Assembly (NCBI GenBank): GCA_964252035.1
Contig: OZ176204.1
Source: Podarcis erhardii
Lineage: Eukaryota
Direction: 5' to 3' (one strand)
DNA: 64,000 nucleotides
The notes beneath the pieces are model-generated. The model was given only the letters and a program-made list of their open reading frames with translations. It had not been told where the DNA came from and did not search any database. Shown one piece after another: positions 1-12,300 of the stretch. Each line of letters opens with the position of its first letter. Positions within the stretch are counted from its first letter, which is position 1. The translations under genes were made by a program, and so were the position numbers.

Positions 1-380
1 CTGAGCACCAAATGCAGTTTCAGAGTCAGATATCCCTTGCTTTACTGACTTCCAGTCTGGAAGCACTTCTGGTCCAAAGCACCTCTATAAGTAGAACATT
101 TGGGATATTTAGGTTGAAGAAATAAAGTGTGTGTCCTTCTATCTCAGTATCTTTATTATGGGAATGCTCATCTAGTTATTTCCTGGGAAGCTTAACAGCT
201 AATGAAAGCACTAGTGCTTTTTTCCCTTTTAAAATACAATATTATCTAGATGTGAGCATTTTGCATGCTAGCAAAGTTCAACAGGGCATCAGACTACAAA
301 GGCACTAACTGGTTGATTACTCTGAGGCTTGACAAAAGGTAGCTATAGCAGTCAGAATAACAATGCTTGTTTCTTATCAG

Positions 381-3300
381 ATACATGGGAAGTTCCTTTT
401 GAGGAGATTTCTGAACTTCAGTGGTTGGGCAGTGGAGCGCAGGGAGCTGTTTTCTTAGGGAAATTCAGAGCAGAGGAGGTGGCCATCAAGAAAGTGAGAG
501 AACAGAGTGAAACGGATATCAAACACTTGAGGAAGTTGAAGCATCCTAACATCATTGCTTTCAAGTAGGTCATACTTTGATTATCTTGACTCTAGAATAA
601 TGTTGTTTTTTTGGACTCATATGCTATATCTCTTCATGTCCTGCTAAATTGTGTTGTGGGTGGCACTGTGGTCTAAACCACTGAGCCTCTTGAGCTTGCC
701 AATTGAAAGGTCCACGGTTTGAATCTGCGCAGTGGGGTGAGCTGCCCCAGCTTCTGCCAACCTAGCAGTTCAAAAGCATACCAGTGCAAGTAGATACAGT
801 GGTGCCTCGCAAGACGAAATTAATCCATTCCGTGAGGCTCTTCGTATAGCGGTTTTTTCGTCTTGCAAAGCAAGCCCATTGACAGCTTAGCGGATTAGCG
901 CTATTAGCAGTTTAGCGGCTTTTAGCGGATCAGCTGATAAGCGGCTTATCAGCGGATCAGCTGATAAGCGGCTTAGGAAAAGGGGGGAAAAGGGGGGGGA
1001 ACCCGCAGGAACTCGCAAGACATTTCGTCTTGCGAAGCAAGCCCATAGGGAAATTCGTTTTGCGAAGCGCCTCCAAAACGGAAAACCCTTTCGTCTAGCG
1101 GGTTTTCCGTCTTGCGAGGCGTTCGTCTTGCGGGGCACCACTGTAAATAGGTACCGCTGTGGTGGGAAGGTAAATGGCGTTTCTGTGCACTCTGGCACTC
1201 ATTGCGGTGTCCCGTTGTGCCAGAAGCAGTTTAGTCATGCTGGCTACATGACCTGGAAAGCTGTCTATGGACAGACACTGGCTCCCTTGGCCTGAAAAAA
1301 TGAGATGAGCACTGCACCCCATAGTCTCCTTTAACTTAACCGTCAGTGGTCCTTTACCTTTTACCTTTACTTCAAACTGTGTTCAGGTTACAATGGACTC
1401 CTCCTGTCCTCTAAACAGCAGTTCTAGCTGGAAAATCTCAACTTCAAGATTATTTCTTTAGCCATGCCTGCTCATGGTAAAACAGAATCCTTATATTAAT
1501 TTACTATCCTCAGATGATCAGATATTGGTGAGTGAACAAGCCGGCAAGTGTCACTTAGTATTAAACCAGCTTTAAACTAAGGCTTCATATCCTTGCTTGT
1601 TTGGAAGCCATTAGCCATAGCTTCCCAGTATATAAATGGAAACCGCAGCAAACTGAAACTTCCTGGCTTGTTTCCAGTTCATATGAAGGGAGGAACAAAG
1701 TTGCTGTTTATGGATGTATGTTTATGGATGCATGGTACAGCGGTAACTCTGGTTGCAGAAGGGATATGTTCCGGAGGTCCAGCCGGATCCCTAGGTTTTC
1801 GCAACCAGAGAGACCGCTTCTGCGCATGCACGTGTGGCAAAACCCCGGAAATATACTTCCGGTTTTGCCGGTTATGTATCCCAAAGTTTACGTAACCGGA
1901 GGGATACGTAAGCGGAGGTATGACTGTAGTTGGATAACATGCTTTGTATTCTGTGGAAGCCTGAGTTCTTCCCAATCCATTATTGCAGCAATTTTTAAAA
2001 TTTTATTTCCCACTCCTTTCTTTGTGAAAACTTTATTGTTATGTGTGGAAAGAGTTTTAATGTGAGTTAATTCAGCAGCATTTCATCCTCCTTATTCTGC
2101 CCCAAGACCCTGAATAATAATCAACACTACCTCATGAAATTCAATTTTAGAATGAAATAGAATGTTTAGAATGAAATAGCTCTGGGAAGACATTTCATTA
2201 TTCCACTTTCTATTCTGGTACATATATGACCAATTAGTTGGTGGATAAAGTGAAAATAATGTGAATTTATTTGAAGGATAGAATATTAATATGAATAAAT
2301 TGAAATAAAGAGTGATTTGGTATCAAAGGTGAGAAATACTTTTACTGTCCAGGAGAATTAGCAATGGACAGCACTTTTCATTTTGTTTCACTTGCATGTT
2401 TTCATTATTATAAATGTTGTTGTTGTTTTTAATCTATAGTTCTTTTTTATGCCAGGGGCGTTTGTACTCAGGCACCGTGCTACTGTATAATAATGGAGTA
2501 CTGTGCTCATGGACAGCTGTATGAAGTGTTGCGAGCCGGTAGGAAGGTCACACCTCGCCTGCTTGTGGACTGGTCAACAGGGATTGCTAGTGGAATGAAC
2601 TATTTACATCTTCATAAAATCATCCACAGAGACCTCAAGTCACCCAAGTGAGTTGTTAGCATGTGGGGAGTGTAAGACAAAAAATGAGATTTGACCTAAA
2701 TTGTGGTTGTGAGTTGGAATTACATTCAAACTTTATTCCCCGTTTTTCCTTTTTTTTTCTTTTCAGTGTATTAGTTACTCACAATGATACAGTAAAAATT
2801 TCAGATTTTGGTACTTCTAAAGAACTCAGCGATAAGAGTACAAAAATGTCCTTTGCAGGGACTGTAGCTTGGATGGCGCCAGAGGTGATTCGCAATGAAC
2901 CTGTCTCTGAAAAGGTGGATATTTGGTGAGTAATGCATTAATAAGTACTTGTCAGTTTCAGTGTTTCCAACAGAACTTCTGAGACAAACTATGTACTCAT
3001 GACTTAGCATCACTAACAGCTTTGCTTTAGAAGATCTGAGCCTTAACCCCCTTGTTATATACAATTTTTCTGATTTCTCTCTCTCTCATTTTCTATCAGG
3101 TCATTTGGAGTAGTTTTGTGGGAGCTTCTCACTGGAGAGATTCCATATAAGGATGTCGACTCCTCAGCCATCATCTGGGGGGTAGGCAGTAATAGCTTGC
3201 ACCTTCCTGTGCCCTCCACTTGCCCAGATGGATTCAAGATCCTTATGAAGCAAACATGGTAAGGGTTGTTCTGTCCACACTGAGCCCAGCTGTTATTGTG

Positions 3301-6300
3301 CATACTCCTCTTCCACCCCCAGTACAAAACACCACAGTATGCCCACAAAATGAGAGTGAAGGATGAGATCTCTGTCTGCGCTGACTAGTAAGATACTGGC
3401 ATTAACACTGTGATACTGCAGTCTGTTCTTTTGTAAAGCACAGTTTAGAATAATACACTGGCTTGGGGGAAAACAGCTTCTTCAAGTGTATGAACTGATA
3501 TGAATGCATTATGATTGCCGCTGACAGTAAGATAATAAGTAGAAGCCATGCCTGCAAAGGAGAAATGGGGACACACTTTGAATATGCTCCTAATACTTCC
3601 TTTGTGACTTTTTTGAATTTGGTGCCCTTTTCTTTTTCCACCATAATTGTTCCAGTAGCTGGAAAGGAAGGGATGAGAAGGGAGAATAAGTGAAGATGCT
3701 TCTGAAATGGATGCGTGGAAAATAACAAAGTGAGAGGATATAGTGTTCATATCTAGCTAATAATCTTTCTACATTAGTGTTACATTGAGGGTTTGGTTTG
3801 CCTTGCCAGATACGGGAGGAGGAATAAGGAAACTGACATTTATGTATTCCTGATTGCTTCCTCCTTTGTTTTTCTTTAGGGGGTGGTGGTATTCTAATAG
3901 GCAGTGAGAAAGGCCTATTTCAAATGAAACCATCAATTAAAATATTCCAAATTGCTTCTTAATTATGTTTGGATGTTCTCTCCTGTTTGTTTTTCTTTAA
4001 TTTGTCAGGCAAAGCAAGCCGCGGAATCGGCCCTCTTTTCGACAGACACTTATGCACCTTGACATTGCATCTGCTGATGTGTTGGGTACCCCTCAAGAGA
4101 CTTATTTCAAGTCTCAGGTAAATCTCTTTCTTTTCTAGCACCAGACTGTATCGTTGGCTTGCCATGTGTTCTTTAATAAAACTTTATGGTAGGAAAGGAA
4201 GAGAAAAGCACAGGCATTCATTTATGTATCTCTTCCCATAATGCACCCCAAAGCGATTTACAATATAATAACATAGTTGTAAATAAAAAGCAGTAAATAA
4301 AAAACAACAGCACATACATAGAATTAATTCCATTCCAAGCTAGATACCAGCTGGGATGAAGATTTTAAAAGGCTTGTTGAAAGAGCAATATATTTGGCAG
4401 ACATCTAGAAGATAATATAGAAGAATCCTGTGTGATGTACAGTTAGACAGAGTTCCAAATGGTAGGTGCTGTCACAAAAGGCCTGATTCCAACATTGTGC
4501 AGAATGGACCTCCTGATAGGATGGTGTCTGCAGGGTGCAGATTTTTTTCCAGTGAAGTATTAAAGTATTAAAGTAAAGCATTTTACTGAAGTAATCAAGA
4601 TGTCTACAAGTGCAAATCCGTAGGAATTGTGGTGTGAAATCTAAAGCCAAATAAATAGTTGTTATTATATTTCCATGAGTATTGCATACTCTCCATGTAG
4701 CCTTGGGCCTGAAAAGCAGTTGGCTACAGATTTGAGAAGAAATTGAGCTGTTCATAGGTTTGAAATGGCAATCAGTTTTATAGGCTAGGAGAGATTTGCA
4801 ATACACGTCTGTACTTAATGTTAGAATTTCAGCTAAAAAGATGAGTCCCTAGTCAAGCCTGGTGATCAGATAGCTTTGCGGCCTCCTACCACAAAAGTGC
4901 TATTGGAATAAAGAAGCTTGGGTTTCTTTTTAATATGTTAAAGTAGTGCAACTCTTTATTGTGCAGTTGTCACTGCCATGAGTTATGCTGTGTATCCATC
5001 TAAATTGCTTTGGCAGGCTGAATGGAGAGAAGAAGTGAAGAAGCACTTTGAGAAGATTAAAAGTGAAGGAACTTGCATACACCGGTTAGATGAAGAACTT
5101 ATTCGTCGCAGAAGAGAAGAACTCAGGTCTGTTGACTTTTAGTGCGTGAGAAGAGCTTTGCTAGTTCAGATCAATTAACTATCCTGTTTCCACCAAGAGA
5201 CTGCCAGATATTTCTGGGAAGAATGCAAACAGGACATTCAGTCTGCCTCTGACCCTGGATGTTCTATTTAGCTATCATAGCTAATAGCTGTCAATAGTTT
5301 TATCTGTCAGTAATTTGTCTAATTTCTTTTTAAGGAGATAAGCATCCTGTTGCAGGAAATTCCTTATGTTAACTATGCACTGCATAAAGAAATAACTTTT
5401 GTTTGTTTGTCCTGAATTTACTGCCAATCTCTTATCCTGGGTGATCCTGAATTATAGCAGAAGGGTCTTAACAGAGTTCTCTTTAGTGATTGCTTCATTC
5501 ATATCTAAACTCTGATTTTGGTTTTATTACATTCAGATACTTTCATCATTTGCTTATCTTGGAAGTGGTAGATGAGATGTTTAATTGAGAATAATTCTGC
5601 ATAAGTACATCTATTAAGCTTCCCTTTTGCCTGTACAAATTGTCCCTTGGAGGAAAAGCCACTCACCTGTAGCTCTCCTTTCTTTTTCATAGGCATGCCT
5701 TGGACATTCGTGAACATTATGAGAGAAAACTGGAGAGAGCCAATAATTTGTACATGGAGCTCAGTGCCATCATGTTACAGCTGGAGGTTCGAGAAAAGGA
5801 GCTCATCAAGTACGCTCATCCACATAGATGTACCTTGTAGCCATGCAGATGACATATTTAGAAGCAGGGATTCATAGGTTTTCTGATTGTTCTAGATTAA
5901 AACAACAACCCCATAATGATCTGTTTCGAAATCTGGATGACAAACAAGCGTAATTTGCTTCAATGGCAGGAAATTGTGTTCTCTTTGTGTTTCCCTTACA
6001 TAGTGCAAGAGAACAATTGCCATTCCTTAGTATTAATTTTTTCCATGGATCTGCTCCAGACACTTCTTTTTCTAATCAAGATTGTTGTGGGGAAAGCTTC
6101 TTATTTTAGAACACAACACTTCTGTTGCACATCCATGTTTTTTTAATCTTGATATGAAACACAACCAGCACTTATGGTCACATTAGTTGTTGCCTACATC
6201 AGCATACTCCAACCTCTTCAGATGCAGATCCACCTTTAACCTAAACACACCAATTTTGTTTACCATATATTTGTTTGGTGGTAGTGCTGCTGTTATTGCT

Positions 6301-9300
6301 TCCTTTAGATCAGGCTCTACCTAGTATTGGGCCCCATCTCCCAATTTAAGACAGTGGTCTAGAGAATAACTAGGTTCCTCTCCCAAATGCTGACATGAGC
6401 ACTTGCGTGGACAACAGTTTGTAATATTTATTACTCTTTTGACTTGGGGAAATTGCAAATATACTAAAAAAATTCATTTTATAATGAAAAGATTACAAAT
6501 TTCATTTTTAATCCATGTGCAGGCGGGAGCAAGCTGTGGAAAAGAAATATCCTGGGACTTACAAGCGTCACCCAGTCCGACCAATAATCCATGCCAATGC
6601 AATGGAAAAATTGATGAAGAGGAGAGGAGTCTCGCACAAGCCTGGGGGCCAGATTAAACGGTGAGCCAAATAACAAAAACATGTTCAAAGGCTTTTCACA
6701 ATTACGTGCATATATCTACAAAATGAGGAAGCCACATCTGCTAGGGTCAGCATCCATTATTGCACAAAATGACTGATTACTCAAGTGGCACTGACAAATC
6801 TTCTGGTGTGTAGCATCCTTGAATTAGACATTAATCTATAAGATGGGATATGTGTGTCCTTGATTATGATCACCAATAACATGGAAGTTTTAGTAATGTA
6901 GAGCAGGTGCAATTTAAAAGCGGAATGTTGGACCAAAGAGTTTTATCGGTGGTCATTTAGGAATCTCTGAGTACCCAATGCAGCTTTTATATCAGAGAGT
7001 GCGCTTTTAATACTAGCAAAATGGTCAGCTGATATTTGGCCTGAATGTACTAAGGGGTTATCTAGACAGCTTTAATTCTGGAGATTGGTTGTGGCATTTC
7101 AGCATTTTTGCTCCTTGCCATTTAGAATGAGGAGTTCTTCAGTATGTACTGATCTGTTGATAGTGGGTAGTGTGGAACCACCACAGATCTGAGAAGTAAA
7201 TGCCTACAAATCACAGTTGGGCTTTTGTAGCCAAGCATTTTTTTATACCAGTGCTTTAGCATAATGCTACAGCTAATTCACATTGCTGCAAAACCTGTTG
7301 TTGCAAACTGGTAGTCATATTAGTAATTATAGGATTTATTCTATGTTCACCTGAATTATTAAGCAAGTAAGATGGGGTGGGAATGCAGGTCTAATTTTCT
7401 TTTTTTAATGCAAGAAGCCCACTGGATGTATGCATGCCTTTGGTTCACCTGAGTGCTTCCTTTGGTACCCGCCAATTCCGAATTTTATTTTTAGTTTACC
7501 CTATGTGACCTATAACAAAACCTGTGTTATTTCAATGTCATCTATCAATAGGCATGTTGACCAAAAATGAAGGAAATAATGTGAAAATCTTCATAGAGTG
7601 GAAGTTTGCATATGTTACTTCTAATAGAGAGCATGCTGGTTTTTGCATCCTTTCTCAGGCCTGACTTGCTGAAGACGGATGGCATATCCAGCACTGAAGT
7701 GGCTCCTAGTGGCTCTCCCCTTTCAGGAAGTCCAAAGATGTCAACCCTCAGTAACAAAGGACGTTATCGTAGCAAACCACGCCACCGGCGAGGAAACAGC
7801 AAAGGCAGCTACAATGATTTCACAGGGATCTTGAAAAATCAGTCAGCTCAAGATGACTTGGCCCATTCATCTCACCATCATCAGCACCACCCTCATCACC
7901 ATGGGCATCACCCCCGAATGAACATCCATGGGCAGGACATAGCCAACTGTGCTAACAACCTTCGATATTTTGGCCCTGCTGCAGCCCTACGCAGTCCTCT
8001 TAGTAATCACGCCCAAAGGAGGATGTCTGGTTCTAGTCCTGACCTTATCTCTGCTGCTATGGAAGCTGATTCACGGAGAAATCTGGAGGAGAACGAGAAT
8101 GGGGAGGGCGAGGCTAATCATTGGGAATGTTGTAAAGGAGATACATACAACCTTTGCCCACAGTGCAGGATGGGGACAAATACTGAAAATCAAGGACAGT
8201 CACTTGAGCCAGGGCTGGAGAAGTCTGAAGCACCATTGCATGCAAATAAGCAATTTCCTGGAAATAATGAGGAAGGTGAATTCAGCAGCCACAGATCAGC
8301 GTCTTCTCTTGGCTCATCTCATCCTGCAAGTACTCCAGGACTGCCGGGTAAAACACGACCCATCCCAAAGGTAAGATCCCTCCAACCATCCTGGAAGCAA
8401 TGGACAGATTTACATTTTGCTGTTTTCTCATGCACCCTAAATTTATTAGTTCTTTCTGTAGAATACTATCTTTGGAGACTTCCGTTCATGAAAGTTGCTC
8501 AGGTGGCTGTATGCTTGTAAATAAGTGGCAAATAACATTGCGTTTAATCTTCTACTAGAGTGGAGATGACTCTTCAGAAGAAGAAGAAGGGGAAGTAGAT
8601 AGTGAAGTGGAATTCCCACGGAGACAGAGGTAGGACACTGAACTGCTCTATTTTTATCGTAATTGCTAAACAAAGGTTTGGTTCAACAAAAGGATGGGGA
8701 GTTTAAATTTTGGTGGGATGAGGAAGGGTTAATGGTTGGGTAACGTTCGTGAGCTATGACAAAGGCAGGAGAGCAGAATTCTGGGGGGTGGAGATAATCT
8801 CAGTTTTTTTTCCTCCTGCCTTGGCAAATCTGTCAGTTAAGTGGTTTTTCTTCCCATTTTCTTTGCTATTCTGTCCTTCTGTGTTTGCTTGTGTGTGCTT
8901 ATTGTGATCTGATTGTTTTTGTCGTGAACATTACCCCCCAATGAACCCCTCCTTATCCACCAAATCTACACGTCAGGTAAGACCAGTCGCCCTTTTCATT
9001 GTAACATGATGAGAACTTAAGAGGGGTGACTGTAACATTATTTGTTATCCAGGTTCTTTGAACAGGGAAACTACCAGACAAAATAGCATAAAAACTCTCT
9101 ACCCATGTCACATTTATACTGAAAATGTCTAGATATGCTCATGATAATCATGAGATGCTGCTTCTAATGTGTTTCCCCCACAGTTTTTTCTGGTATGCAA
9201 AAGCACAAGAGACTTATCTACAAAAATCTGAAAAAATTGCTAGCACAATTAGTCATGATTCTTTCCTACATAAAAGGCATACACTACTTGCTTTTGGAAA

Positions 9301-12300
9301 GTAGGCAGGCTCTATGATTAAAAATGTTTGGGTTTTTTTGTATATTTGTTTTTGACATTTGTAGTCTGCTTTTAGGTTTAAAGAAATTCCCAAATGAGGT
9401 AGCAAAGAATAAAAACATTCCACACAGCTGTGGGGGGGAAAGACTTTAAAAGCCTATGAAAATTAAAAGGTTTTTGCCTGGTGCTGAAACAACATTAAAG
9501 TAAGAAAGAAAAGAATAAAAACAACAATATCTAAAAACAATACATCCCTGAATGGTTAAAAAATAAACAGCTAAAAATATAAAACAGCAGAATAAAATCA
9601 TTCCGTGGTAAAACTTCTTCCATATTAAAACCAAATTGCTTCATTTCAAAAGTCAGACCTGAGCCAGATTGCAATGGATCTAGATAATCAGTATCGTCTC
9701 AGGCTGTTTGGAGTTGAACAGCCACTACTCCCTCAAACATCTTGCTCAAATAGTTATTTTCTGGACTGTGCCAGGATGTGTTCTGGGAAGAGGAGGGAGA
9801 ATTCCTTAATTAATTGGTTAAATGTAGATATGGTTAAGTAGGGTTGAAATAAATTTCCATTCATTCTTGATATTATGGAATTCGCTGGTGATCAAGGCTC
9901 TATAATTATGTGTTCTGCAAAGTACTTCCTTTTGTCAGTCCTAAATCTTCCAACATTCAGCTTCATTGGATTACTGAAGTTCCAGTGTTATGAAAGAGGG
10001 GAGAAAACATCATCCACTTTCTACATTCCATGTATAATTTTATATACTTCTATCATGTCCTTTCTTGCTCACCTTTTCTCTAAACTGAAAGGTTCCCTAA
10101 TGTAACTTTTCCTCCAAGGGGAGTTGCTCCATTCTTCTAGTCATTTTGGCTACCTTTTTCTGAACCCCTTCTAGCTGTACCATTCCTGGTGAGATGACCA
10201 GAACTGTATACAGTATTCCAAATGAAGTCACACCAAAGATCTGTATAATAACATTGTGATATTGTCAGTTTTATCATCAATCCCTAGGGATCCCTACCAT
10301 TTTTCACAGCTGTTGCACATGGGGTGACCTCTTCATCAAGCTGCCCCCTACAACTCCAAGGTCCCATTTTTGGTGAAGTCACCAACTGTTCAGACCCTAT
10401 GAGAATATATTTATTAAAAAAATTGGGGGGGGGGGTTGTCCCAATTCTAGCTTACATTGAATTGCATTTGCCATTTTATTGGCAATTCTCTGAGTTTGGA
10501 GAGATCCTTTTGGAGCATTTCACAATCCCTTTTTGTTTTAATGTCTCTGAGCAATTTGGTATTATCAGCAAACTTGGCTACTTTACTCCTCACTCTTAAT
10601 TCTAGATCTTTTATGAATAAGTTAAAAATCACAGATCCCTATATCGATTCTTGGGGGACTCCACCATTTTTATCCCTCCATTGGGAGAACTCTCTGCTTC
10701 CTGTTACTTAACCAGTTCTGATACACAAGAGAACCTCTCCTCTTATCCCATGACTTCTAAGCTTACTCAATAATTTTTGGTGAGGTACTTTGTCAAAAGC
10801 TTTTTGAAAGTCCAGGTAAGCTATATCTCAGCTGGACCTCTCTATCTATATGCTGCTTGACACCCTCATAGAACTTTAATAGATTAGTGAGACAGGACTT
10901 ACCCTTGTAGAAGCATGCCGGTTCTGCTTCAGCAAGACTTGTTCTTTTCCATTCTTGGTAATTTTATCTTTAACAGTGTTTTCCACCAGTTTCCCCAGAA
11001 AATTGGCCTTTAATTTCCAGTATCCCCACTGGATCACTCTTTTAAAATTGGGGTTACATTGGCCACTCTCCAGTTTTCTGACATGGAGGCTGATCTTAGG
11101 AACAAGTTACATATTTCCGTTTGAAGTGATTTCACATTTGACTTCTTCAAAAACTCTCAGATGGATGCCATTCGACAGTTTTTATTTTGGTGGTTCCAGA
11201 ATAGTCATAAACTAGCACTGTCTTCTCACTCCTGTACATTGATTCTTTCTATTGTAGAGTCTAACTGGATTTACCTGTAACTGAACCTGATACCATTTCT
11301 TCCAGAAAAACTCATAGGGAGCAGAAAAACTTTAGTGAGTGGTGTGGATGCTTGGCTCTTGGTTGCCCACAGCTTCTCCTCTTTGAATTGCCCCTTGAGT
11401 TTTTACCCTGGGGGTAGGGGAGAAAAGGCTGTTACATGCCACCTCCATCATTTCTGCTTTGAACCAAAGTGAGAATTCCTACCCTGTTGCAATCAAAGTG
11501 GTGTGGTCATGCCACCTACCTGTATGTGTCCTGGGTTTTTGCACTTCAAGGCAAAGGGCTCTTCATCTTGGGTTTCAATGGCCAGGATTTTTTGGCTGTT
11601 TTTTCTAGTGTGATGACCAAATTTCTTAACTGTTTCTTAGCATTCTTGATAATTTTCACAGGTTTTCTTTTGATTGCTGAGTCAAGTCTTGGCAAAGGGA
11701 CAAACTAGAGTGATGCTAGTTTGTGCCACCAAGAATATGTATTTATTTATGTATTTATTTATCTCTCTCTCTCCCAGAAAGACTAGTGGGGGGAGGGATC
11801 TGTCTGTGGAATCACAACATTCTATATTTCTTCATTGGTTGCCACTGGCAGTGGATGGGTTGGGGAGAGAAAAATATTATGATGTTAAGACATAGTTAAG
11901 TTTTATTAAATGTCATGGTGGTGGTGAGGTGTTAAAGGCAGATCAGCTTGTTTGGCCCCAAAATTGCACACCCTTATTTTCCTGTAAAATATATCAGCTC
12001 ATATAAGTACTTTTGGGGAGAAGTAGAATTCACTTAGTAAGATGCTTCAGATCTCCATCTTCATTTTGACTGTTAGTTTTAGCTACATCTCTGCTAAAGT
12101 GATTTTTGCTTTGCATTAATGAAACTGTCATCACCTTGCAGTGCTCTCTAGGGAATCCTCTCCCACGTTGGCTCTCTCAACTTCAGAAGCTGCCCCCTGT
12201 TAGTTTGAATAAATGATTGGTAGTCCCCTCCCCCCCCATAGTTCCCTAAAACAATATTTTCAGATCTTATTGCATAAGAAAATGCTGAATTTGTAACCTG

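Noticed and set aside
880-980. Short tandem repeats that could suggest a CRISPR array
   Set aside because: No unique spacers, eukaryotic context, and they lie inside a TA-flanked MITE.
1601-2065. 154-aa plus-strand ORF
   Set aside because: Intronic, spans a MITE, no domain; the 169-aa ORF at 23242-23751 is rejected for the same reason.
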